From positions 1 through 32,650 of the forward strand of contig RBNJ01000340.1 of the NCBI GenBank assembly GCA_003990765.1: DNA of 32,650 nucleotides, written 5' to 3'. The translations under genes were made by a program, and so were the position numbers. The notes beneath the pieces were generated by a model. That model saw only the letters and a list, made by a program, of their open reading frames with translations, was not told where the DNA came from and searched no databases. How positions within the stretch are numbered: position 1 is the first letter of the stretch; each line of letters begins with the position of its first letter. This document shows, piece by piece, positions 1 through 10,265 of the stretch. Source of the stretch: Jimgerdemannia flammicorona (taxonomy: Eukaryota).

Positions 1-164
1 AAGAAATAAAAAAAAGAGTGATAAGTTGAGATATATTGAAATGAGTAATAAGTCAAAGTATATTGAAATAAGTGACAAATTGAGATATGAAGGAGTAAGT
101 GATAAGTTAAGATAATATCAAATAGCTAAAATGAGTAGTAAAGAATATATTAAGTATTTTACTT

Positions 165-209
<45 letters not shown>

Positions 210-385
210 TTTCAGAAGATAAGAAGATAGAATAAGGTTTCAGACTATATAATGAGAGAAATTCTAAAAACTCTGAATCTTCTATTTCTTTTTTTCTTTT
301 CTATTGACTAGAATGAGTAGTACAGTATATTAAAAATAAGTAACAAGTCAAGATAATATCAAATAGCTAGAGTAAGTAGTAGAGA
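1..385. repeat. Degenerate short-period tandem repeats with an A42 tract (166-207), probably the 3' internal region of a decayed LTR element
   Basis: Recurrent units such as gagtgataagttgagatatattgaaat / gagtaataagtcaaagtatattgaaat; aagataatatcaaatagcta occurs near 109 and 350; no CpG. Confidence 0.5.
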
Positions 386-392
386 ATACTAG

Positions 393-843
393 TAGTACTC
401 TCAAACAAATTAAATCAATTTGAATCAAATCAAATTGAGAGTTATTCAAATTGAATTGAATTGTGGATTTTTGAATTTAAATCAAATTGAGACCTGGTTT
501 GATTTAATTGAATTGAATTGGGGTCTGATTTGATTTGAAATATTTATCTCAAATTCAAAATATAATAACTTAATATAAATATATCCAAATTTAATATTTT
601 CTATTATACTAAATTCTCTATTATAAGATATATTAAATAAGCTAAAATTTATTAAATTTAGATATGTTTTGGTTGAGTTATTGAATTTTGAAAAATTAGG
701 TTCAAATTGAACTTTAAATTGAATTAAACCTTAATTCAATTTGAATTGAATCAAATTAAATTGACTCTTAATTTGATTCAAATATTTCAAATTAAATTAA
801 ATTGAGGGCAAATTTAATTTAATTTAATTCATTCTAAGTACTA
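393..843. mobile_element. hAT-type non-autonomous element (MITE) with fold-back structure
   Basis: Termini tagtactc (393-400) and aagtacta (836-843); 8-bp TSD aatactag (385-392) / gatactag (844-851) with one transition; subterminal pentamer arrays (ttgaa/tcaaa, derivable from tcgaa); internal inverted repeat ~556-597 vs ~650-690. Confidence 0.7.
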
Positions 844-882
844 GATACTAGAATAAGTAGTATATCAAGCAATAGCCCTCCT

Positions 883-1010
883 GAGGAGAGAAGGGGGCAT
901 ATATTGTAATAAAGATAGTGAATATAAAGATAGTAGATATAAAAATATATAGTAGATACATATAAAGATGATATGTCAAATGTATTCAAATGTATTCAAA
1001 TATATACAAA
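883..1010 (+). mobile_element. Polypurine tract followed by the start of a degenerate LTR (retrotransposon remnant)
   Basis: gaggagagaaggggg (883-897) followed by TGTAA at 905, the usual PPT/3'-LTR junction. Confidence 0.35.
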
Positions 1011-1019
1011 AAAGAGATA

Positions 1020-1158
1020 ATATTAAATTCCAAAAATTCAAATTGATCCAGATTGATCTAGATTAGATTATGAAACAAATCTGAGTTGATTTGAATCCAT
1101 CATATGATAAATCTTATTCAAATCTCATCTGAATAAATTTAATCTATTCAGAGCACTA
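1020..1158 (-). mobile_element. Terminus of another hAT-like element
   Basis: Reverse strand reads tagtgctctgaatagatt..., similar to the 393-843 termini, followed by gatc/ttgat-type short repeats. Confidence 0.4.
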
Positions 1159-1159
1159 T

Positions 1160-2162
1160 TAGTATCTAAAGCTATTAAATATATATATATATAAAGCAAA
1201 AAAATATCAGTTATATTAATTAGTCTTATATATATATAGTCTATAAGTATTAAATATCTATAATACTAAAGTTTCTCAAGCTATATAGAATAGATGAATA
1301 TAATATCTTTTGAAGATTACTAAAAAAAATACCAAAGTAATTAACTTAATTTTTTAATTATAGAGAAACTATATTATATCTTCAATATCAGCTATCAGAC
1401 TAGAATTATCTAAAAGATATATTATTATTGGTCTCTGAATCTTCACTTAGATATTATATATATATCTTTTTTCTTTTCAAAATATATATAATATCTACTA
1501 GTTCAAGTTGATCAGCTATATGTTCTTTAATAATTCAAATAATACTAGACAGTATAAAGTTCTTGATAGCTTTTATCTCAACAAGCTCTCAAATAATATA
1601 TAAATATTTCAGTTAATTACCATCTCTTAGTAAGTAAGTATGATTGAGACTGAATTGAAAACACTCTATTTGAATGATCTTAAGATAAAATATAGTGAGA
1701 AATCTTAATGTGAGAGGAGCAAATATCTGTTGATCAGGACTTTATATTTTATGTAATATTTGTCAGATACAACTTCTTCTTTATAAGAGCTTAACTTTAT
1801 ATATTAGCAAAGTGATAGCTGAAGGTTTCCAGGAGTTACCATTTGAGTAATGAGAGGTCACCACTACTCATTGAACTCCTCTATCAGAATTTTGGAAGGA
1901 GAGCTTACATTAAAGAGGAGTACATGCTTTTCATTAGCAGAGAGCTCTATAGAGACCCCAACAGAGGGAAGAATGGAAGAAAGAGAGGTGGATAACAGAG
2001 ATTCTGCCATTGAACATATGAACAGAGGTGTTTTATGAGAGAAAAAGCTCTTGCATATATAAACAACTTGTGTCACATCACACCATCCACCCACAGTCCT
2101 AAAAAAAAGAGCACCACATTGTGTTTTCCAGAGTCTGGACCCCCAAGTCTGCTAAACTAATA
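1160..2162 (-). mobile_element. Decayed Mutator-like (MULE) transposon, N-terminal transposase relic
   Basis: Broken minus frame NEKHVLLFNVSSPSKILIEEFNE*W*PL...CSSHIKISH...IQIECFQFSLNHT...ELVEIKAIKNF...IKEHIADQLEL, with C...HxH-like zinc-finger spacing. Recalled resemblance to MULE-associated proteins of early-diverging fungi, not searched. Abrupt GC boundary at ~2163. Confidence 0.4.
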
Positions 2163-2164
2163 GA

Positions 2165-3379
2165 TCACGGGAGTCTGCGACGCTTTAGCCAGCCCCCGGA
2201 AAAGGCGCATGTACGGTTGCCTTCATCCAGATGCAAAGTTACATCGCCACTCCGAATAATGACGCCATAATCGCGGGTCTCGCTCTTCCGTATTACCTTC
2301 CGATAATTGTCATTCCAAGATTGGAATGACCATGCCGATTCCGCGTTTTCCAAGTCGGAATCGAAGGCGGTGAACTCCTCGCCCACAAACCCGATCTCGA
2401 TGAGGGGCTCAGACTCCTTCTCTTTAAGCAATCCAACGGACTCGATCACTATGTTCCATTCGTACAGCCCCTCCTGAGTCGTCATCCCGGGGACAGAGAT
2501 ACGTGCCGTCTGTCTCACAGTCGCCGGAGACCCGACAGAAAGCTCTGAAACGATCGATCCCACTGGAGATCTTGACACCCGCGATATCCGAACGGGTGTC
2601 CCGTTGGGCACACGGTATTCTTGCATGTGTGGTGACAAAAGGCCATATAGGGCAGAGGCATCTCCGCAAACCCGTCGACTGCTTCCATGAGGCTCCTCGG
2701 GTGATGCGTGAGGTCCACATACTTCATCATGTTCAGTAACAACGAGTCATTTCCCAGCTGGATTTTTCCCTCGCATCCCGGAGCCATAGAGGCAATATCA
2801 CGCAAGACATCATGGCGCTCGCCATCTTCGGGTCCTGGCTCTTCGGCGTGCGCCTAGGCTCACAGTAGCAGCTTGTATTCGGGAGTGACGAAGGTAAAAC
2901 GCCCAGGGTGCAGTGAAAAGCAGCTCGGTAGAGAAGGGTTTGAGGAGCACGGCGTAAATGGCTTCGCTCCATGGGATGGAGGCGGCGGCCCCGTTGAGGA
3001 GACACCAAATAGCTTTGGAAGGAGAAGGAAACTCGCTGCGCGGTAGATGTCCACCGCGGTGGTGAATCCGAGGACGACGGTAAGCACTACAGAGTCGATG
3101 TCGTGGAGGTTGATTCGCTGAGAGACGCTCTCTTGCATGTTTTCGTAGAGCATTGCCTTAAAGACGGGGCACATTTGGGGCCGTATAACATTAATGAATA
3201 TGAGATAGATCTACAAAAACCATGAAACACGGTCAAGAGGCGGTTGAACACACCTGGCAGCCAGCACAGCACGGCAACAAGCTCGACACCATCGGCACAG
3301 ACTCATAGTAGGTTGTAACTGTCCATATGGAGGCGATATCGTCCTTGAGGCTAAGACTACTGTTGGATTGCACGACCAT
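2165..3379 (-). pseudogene. BTB/POZ - (BACK-like) - SPRY/B30.2 domain protein pseudogene
   Basis: LKDDIAS...VCADGVEL / CRAVLAAR | CPVFKAMLYENMQESVSQRINLHDI (BTB); MKYVDLT; GLYEWNIVIE...IEIGFV...AWSF...DYG...VTLHLDEGNRTCAFS (SPRY). Several frameshifts, and the C-terminus is cut at the AT-rich boundary. Confidence 0.75.
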
Positions 3380-4084
3380 GTTTAAGGTTGCCGATTCAAA
3401 GCAATTGGTGGTCGCTAAGTCGCGAGATAGACTTCGCAGATTGTTCGTCTATCTCTGTACAAAATGCTGGCAGAATTCAACATACCACTGTCTCGATTAC
3501 GAATCCTCTTTGAAGGGAAATCTCAGTAGAAATAAACATGTGGAAGCGAATCAACCTATCATCTTATTTGAGGATCAATGTATCCTGGTCGATAATTGAC
3601 TTGATATTTTGACCACCTATACATAGTATTATGAATGGAGAAATATACGAAATAATGCGCCCCCAAGGCCGCATGCACCGAGGCGCACGCAATGTCAGAG
3701 CAGCGCTTGTCAAGGTCGCACTGTTGAGGCGGAGATCATGGACAAAAACCGTCTTAACGAGAAAGCTGGCGGCAGCGATGTTCTGGTTTCTGGTTGGGTC
3801 GGTTTGATGTGGTGAATGGGAGGGAGTACTCGAGTTTATGATAAGCGCATTTTGTGGTGGATGGGCTAGATTTGCTGTTGGAGTTATGAATGACACAGTC
3901 GTCGTTCTTCCGGAACGGTTCCCTGCTTCGGCGCGAGCGGATCTCCTATGGCCTCTCCTATATGCGACCCATGCAAATTCCCTTTCAGAGCCTCGACGAA
4001 GCCTGCTGACTCAAAAAGCGCGATCCAAAACAAGCGATGCGGCGCGTACGGCACCTTTCCCTACGGCAGCTATGGATACGGCGG

Positions 4085-5059
4085 GTACCGCCTGTTCTAC
4101 AATCCGCCATTTTCCTGTTATAATCAACATATTCTTCGGCATGGCGTTCTTTTGGGTGAGCCGATCGAGTTTGATTATATAGCAGATTTAACCTCCAACC
4201 TTAATCATTTTGGACCTACTACACCCCTTTTACTTCCAAGTCGTCAAGGGTGGCACTGCCACCAACACTGGTCTCGAGCTGCTTCCCCTGATGGTTGGCA
4301 TTGTTTTCGGCACCGTCGGATCTGGCAGTAAGTTTGCAGCCCTTCTCAAGTTATTAGTTCAGCTGATTTGCACCTGTAACACCTCGTCCAATTGCTGGGC
4401 ACCGCCATCACTGCGGGTGCCGGCCTCATGAGCCTCTGGAACGCTGAAACGTTAACGGCCGAACGCGATGGGATCATGCTTTTCATCGGGTTGGAATTGG
4501 GTACATGGTGCAAACAATCATAGTCGCCGCTCAGGCGTCGGTGGTATGTAATGGTTTGTTTCTTTGTTTTTTTTAGGATGAGGATATAATTTGACTTCGA
4601 AACTTGATATAACTTTACTATCGTGATTGTGATATACAGGAGTATAAAGTGTATGTATCCGACATTTTGGTATTACATGTGGGCGAGTTTCCAGATATCT
4701 GGACATTTGGGTATTCATCTGACGGAAAAATTGTCAATTCACAGTATCGCCGTAATAACAGCCCTGAGCTCCTTCTTCCAATCCGTTGGCGGTGTCTTGT
4801 ATCGATAGGAATATGTTACTTTTCTTCTTTCTGCCTCTGCTTCGTAGAAATCGGCACTGCAACTCATTCACGCTTAAAGCGTCCGTAATCAACTCTTACG
4901 TCGGCGCGTTACAGCTTGTCTACATCGCCATGGTGCCACTAGCCGGAGTTATGTTCATCGCGGGATTGTTCATCGCTCGAACGCACGCTGGGTAATCGGA
5001 CGGTCGAGCAGATGGAGGCGGAGAGGGATGCGAAGAAACAGGGCGGGGTAGGTGGATGA
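4085..5059 (+). pseudogene. C-terminal half of a DHA2-type (14-TMS) MFS drug transporter, fragmented
   Basis: RLFYN...FFGMAFF, PFYFQVVKGGTATNTGLELLPLMVGIVFGTVGSG, IAVITALSSFFQSVGGVL, VINSYVGALQLVYIAMVPLAGVMFIAGLFI. The N-terminal half is absent and frames are disrupted. Confidence 0.7.
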
Positions 5060-5247
5060 AGTTGTGTGATTAATAATCGATATCTCTGATTTCTAAAAAC
5101 AATTCGAATAATATTAGCCTACGTACTCCATGACGTGCTTCATTTGAATAGACGATAGAGCTCTCAAAGAACAAAATGAATACTTTATGATATTGTTGGT
5201 GTTTGAGAACCTTGTGACTTTCACATATTGATATGAGCAATTTGTAA

Positions 5248-5358
5248 GCGCTATGAAACGCGTAAGCAGCAATTTATATGGTAGTTATCGTAGCGTGCTT
5301 ACTAACAAGCGGCTATGAAACGCAGTTTATATGGTAGTTATCGTGACGTGCTTACTAA
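5248..5358. repeat. Imperfect ~50-58-bp tandem duplication in the SDR promoter
   Basis: gctatgaaacgc...tttatatggtagttatcgt..cgtgcttactaa at 5248-5305 and 5309-5358. Confidence 0.85.
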
Positions 5359-5497
5359 TTAGTAATTGTATATACACGCGTCATTCTCAACAAGCCGCCG
5401 CCATCGACTTACAATTGGCATAAATACTGGTCTTCTTGCCCTTCCAATTGCTTAACTCCAACTTCCAATCCACCAAGAACCAATTAACACCTCCAAT

Positions 5498-6474
5498 ATG
5501 AGCTTTTCTGGTAAAGTCGCCCTCATCACCGGTGCAGCCGGCACCATTGGATCTGGTGCCGTCCGTGCCTTCCTCGACAGGGGCGCCAAGGTCATCGCTG
5601 TTTCACGCTCCCAATCCTCGCTCGACAAGCTGGCCCAGACGCTCCGGGACTACAACACGCCAACCGACAATCTTATCCCGTATGTGGCCGACGTGGGTAA
5701 AGACGAGGACCTCGGCAGGCTCGCCGCTGAGATCAAGGCCGAAAAGTACCCCGTCCCGGATCACGTCGTTAGCTGCTCCGGCCCATGGTGGCATTTGCCC
5801 GAACTTCAGGAAATTTCGGTCGAGAAGTTCAGGGAGGTTATGGTTTCCAACTTTGAGAGCCATTTCTGTGAGTAGGGTTTTTGTCGTTGCAGTATATACG
5901 TGATTGGAAATGAAGTCAGGTTTGCAAATGTCACAGATTTCATATAGACTTATCTATTGAAGGTTTTTATTGCAGTCATATATCGCAATTTCGCACCCTT
6001 TGTCCTCGATAAGTCTGGAGCTACCTACACATTGGTCACAGGGGGCATTGGCGAAGGCGGAGTAAGATCCGTCTAAACACTGCTTGAAGCTGTGCAATTC
6101 CAACTCGCTCAATTCGCCTCTCTAGTTACACACGAGTTTCTCTTCCTTTCTTCCTCAACCAGACCGCAAGCCTCGTCTCTCTCACGCAAAATGCTCAATA
6201 CGGCCTCGCCAAGGTCGCGATTCATGAAACACGCGCCAAAGCTGTTCGCTTTAACGAGCTCCGCATTAGCTTCCGCATCGAGACTGATGCCAACTGGGAC
6301 AAGATGGTCAAGGCCGGTCAGGTCCACGAGGGCGAGGCCAAGCACGCTGCGAGCCGCGAGTTTGGTCCCGTCTTCACCGCCATCGCGAGCGCGGAGGCCG
6401 CCGATCAGAAAGGCAATGTCATCTACGTGAATAGTAGGGCCAAGGCCGCCGAGCTGGAGGAGAAATATCTGTGA
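5498..6474 (+). CDS. Atypical short-chain dehydrogenase/reductase; exons 5498-5867, 5976-6061, 6163-6474
   Basis: TGAAGTIG Rossmann motif, ADV, VVSCSGPWW, NFESHF, TLVTGG, VRFNELRI; GT-AG introns keep the frame open to TGA at 6472-6474. Confidence 0.88.
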
Positions 6475-7641
6475 GGATCAGAGATAATTCTTCAAGGTTG
6501 TTGTATTGAAATTTCGTACTACTATCACTAGTATAGTTTATTATAGCCCAAACTTGTTCAGCGATCCGAAGAATAAATCGACATCAGTATGCCATCCTTA
6601 AACAATAATGATAAGTAAGGGGAGAATTATTGCCCGCAAATCCTCACCTCTTCAACAAAGACCACGTCTGACGAAGTCCATGAATTATACGAAAGTGTCA
6701 TAAATTGGGTTCGCTTCCCCCCTCTAAAGTAATTCTCCCGAAAATCGGGTTTTGATTGTCAAAAAAAAAAAAAAAAAAAAAAAGACTCCGCAACAAAGTA
6801 CTGCCCTTTCGAAGATCTTTGCTGAAGCTCCACGTCGCACACTCGCAATGGACTTGACAGCACCGAGTTCGGGGACGAGACATCACATGACCCCTCTAAA
6901 CGGTTTGCGTCGAAACCGGAGCCACACCCGTTTCCGTTCCAAGAGGAGACTTGGCAGTTTCCCAATACGTTTCGTTTCCTGTTTGCGGAGCCGTCAGGGT
7001 CCTGATCCTCGTTCTAGAACTTTATTGGATATCACAGGATTGTGTGAATTCGTGTCCGAGAAGTTGGGTGTCAGGGCTGCATGATAGGGGATTTTTCGGG
7101 TTTAGGCTAGGTTGTCTGGCCTGACCGTGGGCATATCGGAAAATTACTATCTTATCCATTGAAGGTATGGATGATTATCACCTGCGAGTTCGGTGCTTAC
7201 CGCCAAATAACGCGGCCTAAGCATATGGCCGCGAGGACTGTAATAAGGCTCACTGCGTCAACGCCGACCATGCTTGAGCTTGTGCTAATATCGTTGCCTG
7301 ATCGGACCTGGAGTCGTGAGGAAATAAGAAACGTACGCGTGATTCAAGGGGGTGACGGAGAAGGGTGGGAAGTCACGACATAGTGTTCATTGTGTTGGTG
7401 AAGCGAGTAATGACAAGAATAGTTCACATATGTAATGATAATAAACGAAAGAAATGAAATAAATTGTGCCCAAAATTCCTATCTGATAGTAAACGATAAA
7501 CCAAGATTGTGAGTTGGTCGGATGGATCCCAGAAACACAATATGGGTTGTTATACTCTCTATACCTATGCGGTTCATGAAGTTCATGTAACAGTTTGGCT
7601 TAATACAGAGAAAAAAGAAGAAATATTGCCAATATCTCTCA

Positions 7642-7669
7642 CCCCCCCCCCCCACACACACACACACAC
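7642..7669. repeat. Poly-C / (CA)n microsatellite
   Basis: C run followed by acacacacacacacac. Confidence 0.9.
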
Positions 7670-7770
7670 CGTGTATATACATACAATAAATATTAACCGA
7701 AGAAATAAACCGAATTTATAAGGGATGACGAGTAAGCAGGTCCGATATCTGTCCAGCTAAAAATTCCATC

Positions 7771-9376
7771 CTAAGAATGACCCGACTCACTGTTCTGGGC
7801 ATCATCCCCACACCCTTCCAACTTCTTGCCGAACACATAGTAAATGTTAAAATAAGGTTTATAGTCCCGAGACCCTTTCTCTGCCGCATCGACCATACTG
7901 TCGTACTCGTCGTTCCCTAGTCCGAGCGCCAGCGTCATTTGCGGCCTCAGGGAGGCTTGCGTCTGCGCATGGCCTATGATCGACCCCACCGCCACGTCCT
8001 CAGGCCCCCGTCCGATGGGAATACACCTGTGATCGCTCGTAATTTGTTTGAAACCGAGAAGGCGAAAAGAGTTGTGGATATTGTGGACCTGCCGGGTGTT
8101 GATATCACGCATACTCATCATTATGCGCACTTTTAGGTGGAAGAAAGAGAGCCGTGAAGTGAGATCGAGACAGCTTCTAGCTTAGAATAGATTGGCAAGC
8201 TAGTTTGGCTTGCTTAATTAAGCCAGTGCAAGTTACCTTTATTCCAGAATTCGGTAAGCAGAGGTCCGCCGTCTGATGGACGGATATCGCCATCAACTTT
8301 CAAGATCATGACAGAAAATGGGTGTATGCATAGGAACTCCATCAGTAAAAACCAAACTGTACAATAACATATGTATGAAATGATCTGCATCTTACCAAAT
8401 TCGATCCACCCTCCCGGTTTCATAACACGCACGAGTTCGCGGATGATCCCGGGCCACTGCTTCTCGCGGAAACACATCGCGCCGAACCGCTGACCCACGA
8501 AGTCAAAGCTGGAGTCTGGGAACGGGAGCCCCAACTGAAGGCATGTGCGAATGTGTTTTGGCGGTTTTCAGTGTTTCGATCAGGGTGGCGGTGATCGAGC
8601 CTTGGTAGTGTCGACTATTTGAAAACTCACGTTGGGCGGAGGCGAGCTGCTGTTGAAGGAGTCGTTGAAGATGTTGACCAGATCGGTGCCCACAAACGTG
8701 CTGGAGGGATATAGGCGAGCTAATTTCTGTTGTAGTGGAGATGTGGCAAATGGGAATGAGTTTAGCTTGATAATTGTCAACATTTAAATTGACAAGCAGA
8801 CATCAAAAGCGAATCGGAAATGACATACGGTGCACCACGCACCGGCACCACATCTGCAGCGTAAAGTAATAAGTCAACCTCATGAAGGATTATGCATATA
8901 CGTAGCATTGCGGGCTAGCATCAACATCAAAAGAATGAGGCGTCTTACCCAACGTCCAAGACTCTTATGCCACGTTTGAGATGTTCTTCCACAGGAGCTT
9001 TGAAGTGCCTAAAGTCGTATTGAGCAGACTCAGAATATGGTTCGATCCAATGCCGATGTCCGGAATGGTTTCTGACTTACCCTTGAAGCGCGTAGCTGTC
9101 ATACGTGCATAGAAAATAAGATACGTTACGATATACAATGGAGTCAACATCAGCTTACGACAAAACCGTGAGGAAAAGTATAAAATCCTTTCTTTTGGTC
9201 AGGCGAGAGAATAATGACAGTGTAAATTTACCAAATGAGGTATTGTATGTTGTTTAACCGAGTAATTTCATCAGAATCGTTGGGCATCGGATACACTGGA
9301 TTGGTCTCCAGCTTGAATCCGCGTCCATCCATTGATACCCTGACGACAGATTTGGGCCGGGCGGTGGTGGTTGCAT
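7771..9376 (-). CDS. SAM-dependent methyltransferase (LaeA-like), 8 exons: 9376/9332-9232, 9095-9081, 9008-8949, 8853-8829, 8726-8601, 8534-8396, 8296-8237, 8129-7771; possibly disrupted
   Basis: YPMPNDSDEITRLN, GHFKAPVEEHLKRGIRVLDVGCGAGAW, STFVGTDL, GLPFPDSSFDFVGQR, ELVRVMKPGGWIEF. Apparent 4-nt frameshift in exon 1 and a GC donor at 8600. Confidence 0.82.
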
Positions 9377-10176
9377 AATGGTGTCAAGTGTTTGCGTGTT
9401 TTGTTGGCTTGAGTCTGGAAAGGGGAGGAGTCGCTCTTCAAGCTTTTGAGACGGAGAGAGGAGAAAGATGTACGGTTTGTTTGCGTCGATCAACGATTTT
9501 CATGGAATAGTGGTAGCACGGAATGGCTTGTGATGGTGCGAACCAAGGTTTCAGAAGCCTCAATCTAAAGTTTCTTAGTCATTAAGTCACCTTCATGTAA
9601 TCGCATTTATATCGTTGTATATATATTAGCAGTTGGACGTCCCCTTGAGACAAGGCTTCGATATTGTCACGACCCAAGGAACAAGGATATTCTCATGCCG
9701 TCACCAATGCCTGGAAACCCGTTTTAATAGAAAAGCTAAACTAATTTGACCACCCTAACAGCGCACGGGACCTTGCAATTAAACCTGATGTAGACAGGTT
9801 TGTGTCCCCCGCAATGCAAAATTCCGTGGATATGTGCACCTCTCTCGTTTGGGGTGGAAGAAAGTGAGCATGTGCAGACCTTGGTGCTTTGCAACAGCAA
9901 AAAAGATGAAAGAAATTAAAAATAAACTCGATTTTTGACAGAAGCGAAGGTATTTTGTCTGCAAAATGGGAAATTACGTTTGCACAAAAGGGGACAATGT
10001 AATTATATATGCTTCATGAGAAAAAAAGCCCGTGACGCCACAACCTGTCAAACGATATTTTATGACTTCACTTAATTATCCCTCCTTGCTTTTAAAACTA
10101 AACCCCTCTATTGTGGATTGTACGTTTGTATGAATACATGCATTTTAGGCAAACAAGAGTGGCAATAGACTTAAAT

Positions 10177-10203
10177 TCACGTGATGTTTAGATGATGACG
10201 TCA
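10177..10203. promoter_or_regulatory. E-box (TCACGTGA) and CRE (TGACGTCA) palindromes upstream of the RFC gene
   Basis: TCACGTGA at 10177-10184 and TGACGTCA at 10196-10203, about 60-90 bp before the ATG. Confidence 0.45.
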
Positions 10204-10265
10204 CATAATTTAATTTTTGTGGCTGGCTGACACGCTGGCACGCTGCGCGTCTCGACATCCCAACC

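Noticed and set aside
400..840. Pentamer arrays as a CRISPR array or telomeric repeat
   Set aside because: No constant repeat with unique spacers; bounded by TIR-like ends and a TSD; eukaryotic context.
6698..7383. Short ORFs and a possible TM-encoding minus-strand stretch (VSLITVLAAICLGRVIWR)
   Set aside because: No recognisable domain or coherent exon chain; some ORFs run through a poly-A tract.
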